This document shows, one piece after another, positions 10,026-19,400 of a stretch of 64,000 nucleotides of DNA. Source of the stretch: Acidobacteriaceae bacterium (lineage in GTDB: Bacteria; Acidobacteriota; Terriglobia; Terriglobales; Acidobacteriaceae); contig JBARMS010000161.1 of assembly GCA_049802575.1 (NCBI GenBank), forward strand, positions 794 through 64,793, read 5' to 3'. How positions within the stretch are numbered: position 1 is the stretch's first letter; each line of letters starts with the position of its first letter. Made by a program: the position numbers and the translations under genes. A model generated the notes under the pieces. It did not search any database. It had not been told where the DNA came from and was given only the letters and a program-made list of their open reading frames with translations.

Positions 10026-13000
10026 TCAGAACGAAGCGCGCACACCCACCTGCGCGGCAAAAGGGATCCCTACGGTCGTCCCGGGACCGAAGAAATCGCC
10101 CAGCGCCCCTCCCGGAACCCGCAGCTGATTGGGGCTGGTCAGCGGTGCAGTCGTGGTGCAGGCCGCATTTGTGCAGACAGCAGTTACATTTCCCGAGGCC
10201 GCATCGGCTGCCGGAACGGGAAGTGTAGCAATGTTGGTTACATAATTCGCGCCCGGATTGTTCCGGTCGAACAGATTGAAAAACTCCGCAAAGGGCATGA
10301 TCGACCACCGCTCTCCGGCGCAGATGGGCCGCGCCACGCGCAGGTCCGCCTGAATGTAAGGGGTTCCGCGGAACTGATCCAGCGTCTCCGGCACGCCATT
10401 CATGGAAATCCGCCCTGCATTGTCGGCGGTTGTAATCGTGAAGGGCCGCGCGCTCTCCGCCTGCGTCAGCGTGCTGATTTCCATCCCTGCCGGCGCGTGC
10501 CAGGTTCCGGCCAGAACGGCGCGATGACGCACATCCTCGCCCGACGGGCCGTAATCGCCGGGGCCGAATGCATCCAGCGGATTGCACACGCCGTTGACGT
10601 AATCGAACAATTCACCCAGAACGCAGCCCCACGTCTGCGCCTTTGAGAAGGTGTAGTTGGCGATCAGACTGAACCGCCGCTGCACATTCCCCTGCAGGTG
10701 CAGCATCAGGGCGTTGTAGCTCGAGCGATTATCGGAATGAAAGTCGTTGATAGCGGGGACCACATTCGCCTGACTCGGATCGCTGGCGGCCAGCAGCGGG
10801 GTAAACAGGTTTGTCCCGCCGGAGTAGCTGTAAGCGCGATACGCGTGATTGCCTTCTTCGTGGGTGTAGTCGGCGCTCACCTGCCACTTGGCGCTCAACG
10901 CGTGCTGCACGCCAGCCGTGGCGTGGATGGCGTACGGCGTGCGGTAGTGCGGATCGATGATATTCCCCGCCCCGCCCGAGGCGTCTCCGGGGACGCACCC
11001 GGCATTCTCTGCGCCGCCTGGATTCTGCGCCGGATCGATACATGAGCCAGGGACAGCATTCACCGCCTGGAAGGCGGTCACCCACCCGTTCTGCGCCAGA
11101 TCATCAAAGTAGAGGCCAAATCCCGCGCGGATCACCGTATTCCCGCTGCGGGTTGGTTGCCAGGCAAGGCCGAGCCGCGGCGCAATTTGCGCGCGATCGT
11201 CGTGCGGCACGCCATTCGCCAGGGGAATTTGTAACGCGCGCAGTGTCAGAACCGCCGGATTGGCCGCCTGGGTTCGTCCCGACGCGAGAAAGAGCCCGTC
11301 GGTGGTCGACCAGCGCAGGCCGTAGTTCACGGTGAGCCGCGGCGCCGCGCGCCACGAATCTTCGGCGTAGAGCGCGATGCGCTGCACATTCTGCGAAAAG
11401 CCTCCGCCGAGGCTGGAGGTCGAGGCGCCCGCCTGCATGTCGGTTCTGAACTGCGCGGGATTTGCCAAATACCAGGTCGGGTTCTGCGGAAACTGATAGA
11501 GCGTCTCGGTATTGCCCGGAAATCCGCCGCTCAGCACCGGCTCGTGGATGAAGTTGATGCCGAACCGAACCGCGTGCCGCGCGCGATCGTTGGCCAGATC
11601 GTAGCGCAGCTGATATTTCTCCTGATTGCGCAGCGACGGGAAGAAGGTAATGGGCGTGGCGAACTGATTATCTCCGTAGGTCTCGAATCCGGAAACGGTG
11701 AGCGAAGTGGAGCTAAAGGGAAATGCCAGCGCGAAACCGAGATCCGCATTGCGAGTCTGCGTCAGGTGCAGGCCGCTCGCGCCCAGCACCAGGCGTCCCA
11801 CCCACGTCTGGCTGAACAGGAACTGATTGCTGATCGCCAGATTCATGTAGTTGTTGTGAGTCAGCAGACCGGTAGTGGGCAGCGTTCCCTGCTCCACCAG
11901 ATCGTTATGCGTCGTATAGTCGTCGCTCGATGCGCGCAGAAACCAGGACGAGCGCGGGGCTTGCGCCCAGTCGAATCGGAGCAGCTCAAAATAGTCGCGA
12001 AACGGAATGGGCACGATTGCCGGGACCTGGATGGACGACACACCGGGGATCAATCCGTCCGCGGCCAGAGTCGCCAGCGCATCGAACTGCGCCGTGCTCG
12101 CCGGGCTGTAGGCAATGCTGGCGTTCTCGTGCACATATTCAGCCGAGCCAAAGAACCAGACCTTGTTCTGCTGCAGCGGGCCGCCCAGCGTACCCACATA
12201 ATTTTGCCGCGAAAACGGCTGCTTTGGATTGGGCGCCGGGTTTTCGATGGGGAATCGAGCGTTGAGCGCAGCCGCGCGCTCGTAAAACGCGCCGCCGCCA
12301 TGCCAGTCGTTCGTGCCCCGCTTCGTGGTCAGCACCACCGAGCCAGCCGTCGTTCCGCCGGTATCGGCATCCTCCTGCGCGGTGCGGATCGCAAACTCAT
12401 CGACCGAATCCGGCGAGAAGTTCTGCAGAAATCCTCCGATGTAATCGTCGGAATTGTCGACACCGTCGACGGTCATTTCGTTGTTCAGCCCTGAACTGCC
12501 TCCGGTGGAGACGGCGGTAATGCGCGCCTTGGTCGGATCGGAGGGTTCGACCGGCTCGGTGCCTGGCGCGAGATAGGCGATATTGGCAAAGCTGCGCGCC
12601 GCCAGGGGCAGCGTATCAAGATCCTGGCTGGTAATGATGGCCTGATGCACCTGGCTGGCCGTATCGATCGGCTGCATGGTGATCGACGAAGTGCGTCCCT
12701 TCACGTTTACCGTCTCGGCCGCGGTCTCTGGCGAGAGGGTGACTGTGACGGCGCGAATCGCCGCAACGTTGACCGGCACGTCCGCCGTCGCCGGTGCGAA
12801 CCCACGCGCCGTAACCGTTACGGCGTAATTTCCAGGAGCCAGGTCATCGATGTGGAATTCGCCACGGGCATCCGCGATCACGCGGCGCCCCAGCGACGAG
12901 CCGCGCAGGTGGACTTCTATGGTTGCGGCCGGCACCCGCGCCCCGGTTGCGTCCTCAACGGTGCCGCGCAGGGAGCCGGTTGGCGTTTGCGCCCAAAGGC

Positions 13001-13064
13001 CATCCGGACACAACCCGGCGACCGCGAGGAGCGCCAACAACGAAAGGGTAAATATCCGTTTCAT
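10026..13064 (-). CDS. TonB-dependent outer-membrane receptor with N-terminal carboxypeptidase-regulatory-like domain
   Basis: Signal peptide MKRIFTLSLLALLAVAGLCPDGLWAQ (ATG at 13064). CarboxypepD_reg-like segment GTVEDATGARVPAATIEV...GNYAVTVTARGF. Long beta-barrel region ending in a terminal Phe (VRASF). Confidence 0.85.
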   Translation of the reverse strand: MKRIFTLSLLALLAVAGLCPDGLWAQTPTGSLRGTVEDATGARVPAATIEVHLRGSSLGRRVIADARGEFHIDDLAPGNYAVTVTARGFAPATADVPVNVAAIRAVTVTLSPETAAETVNVKGRTSSITMQPIDTASQVHQAIITSQDLDTLPLAARSFANIAYLAPGTEPVEPSDPTKARITAVSTGGSSGLNNEMTVDGVDNSDDYIGGFLQNFSPDSVDEFAIRTAQEDADTGGTTAGSVVLTTKRGTNDWHGGGAFYERAAALNARFPIENPAPNPKQPFSRQNYVGTLGGPLQQNKVWFFGSAEYVHENASIAYSPASTAQFDALATLAADGLIPGVSSIQVPAIVPIPFRDYFELLRFDWAQAPRSSWFLRASSDDYTTHNDLVEQGTLPTTGLLTHNNYMNLAISNQFLFSQTWVGRLVLGASGLHLTQTRNADLGFALAFPFSSTSLTVSGFETYGDNQFATPITFFPSLRNQEKYQLRYDLANDRARHAVRFGINFIHEPVLSGGFPGNTETLYQFPQNPTWYLANPAQFRTDMQAGASTSSLGGGFSQNVQRIALYAEDSWRAAPRLTVNYGLRWSTTDGLFLASGRTQAANPAVLTLRALQIPLANGVPHDDRAQIAPRLGLAWQPTRSGNTVIRAGFGLYFDDLAQNGWVTAFQAVNAVPGSCIDPAQNPGGAENAGCVPGDASGGAGNIIDPHYRTPYAIHATAGVQHALSAKWQVSADYTHEEGNHAYRAYSYSGGTNLFTPLLAASDPSQANVVPAINDFHSDNRSSYNALMLHLQGNVQRRFSLIANYTFSKAQTWGCVLGELFDYVNGVCNPLDAFGPGDYGPSGEDVRHRAVLAGTWHAPAGMEISTLTQAESARPFTITTADNAGRISMNGVPETLDQFRGTPYIQADLRVARPICAGERWSIMPFAEFFNLFDRNNPGANYVTNIATLPVPAADAASGNVTAVCTNAACTTTAPLTSPNQLRVPGGALGDFFGPGTTVGIPFAAQVGVRASF

Positions 13065-13277
13065 GAATGAGAGTTCCTGTGCCGACCGCAAAAGGGGCGT
13101 TTGCTGCGCGCGCAGCCTGCGGCCCTTCGGAATATGTTGCTTATTGTTGCACGCCCTTACAGGGCAGGCGCGTCCCGGCGGGACGTCTCGGCAGACGGGA
13201 ACCGTTCTTCCGCGCCGGACCTATCGGGAGTAGCATGGTCCCGCAATCCATAGAGAGGCTCGGCTGTACCCTGCGCG

Positions 13278-16178
13278 ATGAAATCCCACACGTTTTTCTC
13301 TCTGCCTTGTTCCTTCGGCCTCGCGCTGCTTTGCGCGGCCTCGCTTCCGGCTCAAAACAGCACCAGCCCCGCTGCGCCGGCCGCCGCTGAAGCCAGCGCG
13401 CCGTACCGCAATCCCAAACTCACGGTTGACGAACGGGTCGCGGACCTGATGAGCCGCATGACGCTCGAAGAGAAGGTCGATCAGATTTGTGGCGGCGACC
13501 AGTATCAGGGGGTCATCGATCCCACCGGCACCTACGATCTGCAGAAGGCGCGGACGGCGCTCATGCGGCAGGGCGATCCCGACTTCAGCATTGCGCCGCG
13601 GGATTCGGCGCTGCTGACCAATGCGATTCAGAGATATCAGATGGAGAAAACGCGGCTCGGCATCCCGGCTCTGTTTCAGGGGGAGGCCCTCCATGGCGAC
13701 ATGGAGGACGGGAGCACGAGCTTCCCGCAGGCGCTGGGACTGGCGGCGACGTGGGATCCGGCCCTGGTGCATCAGGTGTTCAATGCGGCCGGCAATGAGG
13801 CCGGGGCGCGCGGCCGGGGTCAGGTCTTCGCGCCGGTTCTGGGGCTGGCCCGCGACCCGCGCTGGGGCCGTACCGAAGAAACCTATGGAGAAGATCCATT
13901 CCTTGTCTCACGCATGGGCATCGCCGCCGTCACGGGCCTGCAGGGCGACAGCTATTTCATCGGCCGCGACCATGTAATGGCCACCGCCAAGCACTACGCG
14001 GTGCACAGCCAGCCGGAAGGCGGCACGAACACGGCGCCCGGCAACTACTCCGAGCGCACCATCCGCGAAAACTTCTTTGTGCCCTTCCAGGCAGTCGTGC
14101 AGGAAGCCAATGTCGGCAGCGTGATGGCCTCGTACAACGAGATTGACGGCATTCCCTCGCACATCAACCACTGGCTGCTCGATCGCGTGCTGCGCCAGGA
14201 GTGGGGCTTTCAGGGATTTATCACCTCCGACGGCGACGGCATCCAGATGCTGTGGCAAACGCACCATGTGGCTGCCGATAATGCCGAAGCGGCGCGCGAG
14301 GCGATCGCCGCAGGCATCGACTACGACCTTTCCGACGGCTCGGCTTACCGCACGCTGCTCTGGCAGGTGAAGCAGGGCGTCGTGCCGGAGAGCCAGCTCG
14401 ATCGCGCAGTCTCCAAAGTGCTCGCCGCGAAATTCCGGCTCGGGCTCTTTGATAACCCTTATGTCGATCCCGATGTGACGGCGCGCATCGTGAACAGCCC
14501 CGCGCATCAGGCCCTGGCAGAAAAGGCCGCGGAAGAGGTCATCGTTCTGCTGAAGAACGACAAGAACCTGCTGCCCCTCGATCTCTCGAAGCTGCATTCT
14601 ATCGCCGTGATCGGCCCCGACGCCGCTGACGTCCATGTTGGCGGATACAGCCGCCAGCCCGGACACGAGGTCAGCATTCTGCAGGGGATTCGCGATTACG
14701 TGGGCAACAAAGCGACGGTGAACTACGCCGAGGGCTGCAAGATCACGACCGCGCCGGAAGGCTGGCGCGGCTGGTCCGCGAACGACGTCAAGCTGGCTGC
14801 CGAGGATCCGACGGCCATTGCCGCGGCAGTAGCTGCCGCTCGCAAGTCGGATGTGGCCATCCTCGTGGTCGGCGAGAACGAGAGCACGAATCGCGAGGCC
14901 TGGAGTGAAAACCACCTCGGCGACCGCGACTCGCTCGACCTGCTCGGCGCGCAGAACGACCTGGTGAAGGCGGTCGTCGAAACGGGCAAGCCGATCGTCG
15001 TGATCCTGATCAACGGCCGGCCGCTCTCGGTCAACTATATTGCGCAGAATGTGCCCGCGATTCTCGAAGGCTTCTATCTGGGCGAGGAAGGCGGCACGGC
15101 CGCGGCGCGCGTCCTGTTTGGCGACGCGAATCCTGGCGGCAAGCTGCCCATCACCTTCCCGCACTCGGTCGGCGACCTGCCGGACTTCTACAACCACAAG
15201 CCCACCGACAATCGCACCTATGCTTTCTCCACGCGCGAGCCCCTCTATCCCTTCGGCTACGGCCTGAGTTACACGACGTTCCAGTTCGACAACCTGAAGG
15301 TTGAGCCGAACCACATCGAGACCGGCGGCACCGCAAAGGTGTCCGTCGATGTGACCAACACAGGGTCGCGGGCCGGAGACGAAGTGCCGCAGCTCTACGT
15401 CCATGAGGAGGTCACTTCGCTGACGCGTCCGGTCATGGAGTTGCGCGGATTCCAGCGCATCACGCTGCAGCCCGGCGAAAAGCGCACCGTGACGTTCACC
15501 GTCGGCCCGGACGATTTTTCGTTCTACAACGCCGATATGCACAAGGTGGTCGAGCCGGGAACGATCGATCTGATGGTCGGCCCCAGTTCCGCGGAGACCA
15601 AAACCATTCATCTCGAGGTCGGGACGCCGGGCCTGGTGCCCAAAGCGCCGCTGCCGCCGCCGCCCGCCGGGTCCGAATCCGGCGTGGTGAGCACGTTTGA
15701 CGAAGGAGACCAGCCCACCGCCAATTACGGCTCGTGGATACCCGCCTCCGATTCGATGAATGGCGGCAAATCGACGTCAACCCTGAAAATTGTCTCGCCG
15801 GGCGCGGAAGGGTCGAAGGGCGCGCTGGAGGTATCCGGTGCAATCGCCTCCGACTCGGACCATCCCTTTGCCGGAGCGCTCTTCTTTGCCGGATCGCATC
15901 CCATGGAGCCGGTCAACCTCTCCGGGAAGAAAGAAATTCGCTTCTGGGCCAAAGGTGACGGCCACAGTTACGCATTGCTGGTGCTCACCGAGAAACGCGG
16001 CGGGCAGAACGGCATGCCGGCGATGACCAGCTTCACCGCGGGTCCGGAATGGAAGCAGTTCACCTTCCCGTTCTCGACGTTTGAGACCGACGGCAGCGAC
16101 ATCACAGCGGTCGGTTTCGCTGAGATTCAGAATCCCGGTAAATTCAGTTTCGAGATCGACCAGGTCGAGATTCGCTGA
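13278..16178 (+). CDS. bglX: Secreted GH3 beta-glucosidase/beta-xylosidase-like enzyme with extra C-terminal ~165-aa beta-sandwich (CIA30/CBM11-like) domain
   Basis: Signal peptide. GH3 N-terminal domain (RWGRTEETYGEDP, GFITSDGDG nucleophile region), GH3 C-terminal domain, Fn3-like domain (LKGFQRITLQPGEKRTVTF-type), then a Pro-rich linker and an extra domain. Confidence 0.85.
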   Translation: MKSHTFFSLPCSFGLALLCAASLPAQNSTSPAAPAAAEASAPYRNPKLTVDERVADLMSRMTLEEKVDQICGGDQYQGVIDPTGTYDLQKARTALMRQGDPDFSIAPRDSALLTNAIQRYQMEKTRLGIPALFQGEALHGDMEDGSTSFPQALGLAATWDPALVHQVFNAAGNEAGARGRGQVFAPVLGLARDPRWGRTEETYGEDPFLVSRMGIAAVTGLQGDSYFIGRDHVMATAKHYAVHSQPEGGTNTAPGNYSERTIRENFFVPFQAVVQEANVGSVMASYNEIDGIPSHINHWLLDRVLRQEWGFQGFITSDGDGIQMLWQTHHVAADNAEAAREAIAAGIDYDLSDGSAYRTLLWQVKQGVVPESQLDRAVSKVLAAKFRLGLFDNPYVDPDVTARIVNSPAHQALAEKAAEEVIVLLKNDKNLLPLDLSKLHSIAVIGPDAADVHVGGYSRQPGHEVSILQGIRDYVGNKATVNYAEGCKITTAPEGWRGWSANDVKLAAEDPTAIAAAVAAARKSDVAILVVGENESTNREAWSENHLGDRDSLDLLGAQNDLVKAVVETGKPIVVILINGRPLSVNYIAQNVPAILEGFYLGEEGGTAAARVLFGDANPGGKLPITFPHSVGDLPDFYNHKPTDNRTYAFSTREPLYPFGYGLSYTTFQFDNLKVEPNHIETGGTAKVSVDVTNTGSRAGDEVPQLYVHEEVTSLTRPVMELRGFQRITLQPGEKRTVTFTVGPDDFSFYNADMHKVVEPGTIDLMVGPSSAETKTIHLEVGTPGLVPKAPLPPPPAGSESGVVSTFDEGDQPTANYGSWIPASDSMNGGKSTSTLKIVSPGAEGSKGALEVSGAIASDSDHPFAGALFFAGSHPMEPVNLSGKKEIRFWAKGDGHSYALLVLTEKRGGQNGMPAMTSFTAGPEWKQFTFPFSTFETDGSDITAVGFAEIQNPGKFSFEIDQVEIR

Positions 16179-16201
16179 ACTTTTCTCTGATTCTGTTCCG
16201 G

Positions 16202-16232
16202 CGCGGCAGCTATCTCCCTGATAGCTGCCGCG
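16202..16232 (+). terminator. Strong 13-bp hairpin after GH3 gene (no clear U-tract)
   Basis: CGCGGCAGCTATC (16202-16214), loop TCCCT, GATAGCTGCCGCG (16220-16232). Confidence 0.5.
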
Positions 16233-16424
16233 TGCCCGGCCGCAGTACGCATACGTCTTTTGTGCTATCTCGGTGACCTAACGGTACCTTGTCTTCCCCC
16301 CACCCGGCCGATACCATTCGAGCCATCTACGCTGCCAGCATTCTCTTCTGCGCGCATTTCTGCCGCCCCGGGCTGGCGCAGCTCAGACGGGGTTTTGCAG
16401 TCTTGCAGGCTCAAAGAAAAGGTC

Positions 16425-19400
16425 ATGAAGATCAGCACTCTTCGTCTCGTCATTGCCGCAGTGAGCGCAGGACTTACGCTGCCGCTCGTCGCTCAGTCCA
16501 CGGCAGGTAACCTGCCCTTCCCGGCCAACCGGATTGTTGCTCCCATCAACGAGAACGTGGTCGTCGCGTTGCCGGGGAATGTTCATCCCATGATCCGAGC
16601 CGCGGTCGATCGCGGAGCCGCGCCCGGCGATACGCCGACCGGCAGCATCACGCTGGTGCTGGCGCGCAGCCAGGCGCAGCAGCAGGCGCTGACGCAATAC
16701 CTTCAGGAGTTGCAGAACCCCGCTTCTGCGAACTTCCACAAATGGCTGACGCCCGCGCAGTATGGCGCGCGCTTCGGCGTCTCCGATTCCGACCTCCAGA
16801 CCGTCGAATCGTGGCTGCAGTCGCACGGCTTCAAGATTGAGAAGGTTGCGCAGGCCCGCAACGCGATCCAGTTCTCCGGCACATTCGCTCAGGTCGGCAG
16901 CGCCTTCCACACCAGCATGCACGTCTACAACGTGGCGGGACAGAAGCACCTCGCCAACTCCACCGATCCGGCGATTCCTGCTGCGCTGGCGCCGGTAGTT
17001 GCCGCGGTTGGCCCGCTCAACGACTTTCGTCCCCACTCGAATCTCATTCCTGGCCCGCGGGGCACCTGGGACGCCACGCACCACACCATCGTCCCGCAGT
17101 TCACGTTCCAGAATGACGGCTTGTCGATGCTGTACGTCGACCCCGCCGACGCAGCCACCATTTACGACACCCCGAACAAGAAGCTCAACGCCAACTTTGC
17201 GGGTACGACGACTTACGACGGCACCGGCGTCATCATCGGCGTCGCTGGAGACTCGGACATTACGTTGCAGGATGTCGCGAACTATCGCACCGGCTTCCTC
17301 GGCGAAACGGCAGCGGCCGCGGATGTGCCGACCGTGATTCGCCCCGGCAACGACCCCGGCATCAACGGCGCAGCGACCGAGGGCCTGCTCGACGTGGAAG
17401 TGGCGGGTGGAATGGCGCCTGGGGCGAAGATCGATTTCTACACAGCAGCCGACACGAACCTGACCGCGGGGTTGTTTCAGGCGATCAACGCAGCGATTGA
17501 CGACAACATCGTCAGCATCCTCAACATCAGCTTTGGCGAGTGCGAAGCCGACGCGGGCGCAGCGCTCAACGCGCAGCTGAACGAATATTTCGAGCAGGCG
17601 GCGGCGCAGGGCATCAGCGTGACGGTTTCGGCGGGCGATGCCGGTTCGGCGGGCTGCGACAATTTCGACACGGAAGAGCAGGCCTCGCTGGGACTGGCCG
17701 TCAACGCCATCGCATCGACGCCTTTCACGATTGCCGTGGGCGGCACCGATTTCGGCAATCTGCCCGGCACCTTCACTTCTTACGTCACAGATGTCTCCGA
17801 AGGAACCGCCCCGTACTACCTGACCGCGAAGAATTACATCCCGGAGACGACGTGGAACGATTCGACGCTGACCAACACGGTGCTGGTCGACAACGAATTC
17901 CCGCCCAAGCCTGACCCGACGAACATCATCGCCGGCAGCGGCGGTGTCAGCAGCGTGTACATCAAGCCGTGGTTCCAGACGGCGCTCACTCCGGCCGACG
18001 GCGCCCGCGACCTGCCGGACGTCTCCATGCTGGCGGGCAATGGGTACTACGACGCCGCGTGGCTGGTGTGCTCTGACAGTGTGGACGCCGGCGACGGGGC
18101 CAGCTTCTTCACCGACTGCCAAAACACGAACGGGACCTTCGCATCCGGCGCCACCTTCGAGGGTGTCGGCGGAACTTCCGCCGCCGCGCCGGCGTTTGCC
18201 GGCATCCTGGCTCTCGTGGAGCAGGCACAGGGCGGACGGCTCGGCCAGGCAGACAGCGTCCTGTACGCCCTGGCGCAGTCGCAGTACTCCACCGTGTTTC
18301 ACGACGTCACCGTTGGCAACAACTCGGTCTACTGCGTGGAGGGCTCGCTGGACTGCCTGCCGTCGCTCGCGGACTGCACCAACGGCCTGCCGGATTGCGT
18401 GCCGAACCCATTGCTGACTGAATCCGGATACGACGCCGAAGTCGGCTACGATCTCGCGTCGGGGCTCGGCAGCGTGGATGCAACCAATCTGATCCGGTTC
18501 TGGAAGAACAATGCGCTGACGGCCACGAATACCGGCCTCACCATCAACAGCAGCGCCAATCCGGTGACGGCGGTACACGGGACCAGCCTGAGCTTTGGGG
18601 TGAGCGTCAACCCGGCGTCGGCAACCGGCACGGCGGTGGTTCTGGGTGGCCAGGACGGCACCTTCACCATTCCGCTCACGTCGGGCGCCGGGACAGCCTC
18701 GTATAACGGCCTGCCCGGAGGCTCTTACACGGTGACGGCCCGTTATAGCGGCGATGCGAACAATGCGGCCAGCACGTCGAGCCCCATCAGCGTCGATATC
18801 ACGGGTGAGCCGAGCACCACGGCCCTCACCGTCACGGGCTATGGCTTCTCCGGCCCTGGCGTGACGTATCCGGTCAACGCCATTCCCTATGGCTCTTACG
18901 TCTTCCTCAACGCGCAAATCACGGGGACCGCGGAAGGCGCAAAGACCGAAGGCGCGGCTACGGGCACGGTGGACTTTTTGGATAGCGGCGCTTCGCTGGG
19001 ATCGGAGAACATCGGCCTGAACAATGTTTCTTCGTATCCGGCGCTCAACAACAATTACCCGCTGTTCGCCATCGGCAAGCACACCATCACGGCGAAGTAC
19101 TCCGGCGACGCGAGCTACAACAGCAGCAACAGCGGCGCCGTCAGCTTCACGGTGGTGAAGGCGCCCACGACGACGGCAGTGACCGCGACACCTTCGACGG
19201 TCAACGTCACGACCGCGAGCTACGTCTCCGTCTCGATCGCCACGCCGTTCAATCTGGCGGCTGCGCCCGGCGGCACGGTTACGCTGACCTCCGGCTCCAC
19301 CACGCTCGGCACGATCACGTCGTTCTCGCTCAATTCGCAGCCTTCGGTTGCGGGCTCCTACATCCTGACCGGGGTGGCTCAGATTGCGGGCAGCCAGCTT

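Noticed and set aside
13129-13152. GGAATATGTTGCTTATTGTTGCAC in the TonB-receptor/GH3 divergent region as a sigma-54 promoter, because it shares GTTGCTTA with the conserved blocks
   Set aside because: The GG to GC distance is 10 nt rather than the required 12 nt, and sigma-54 spacing is strict. The shared GTTGCTTA octamer alone is insufficient.
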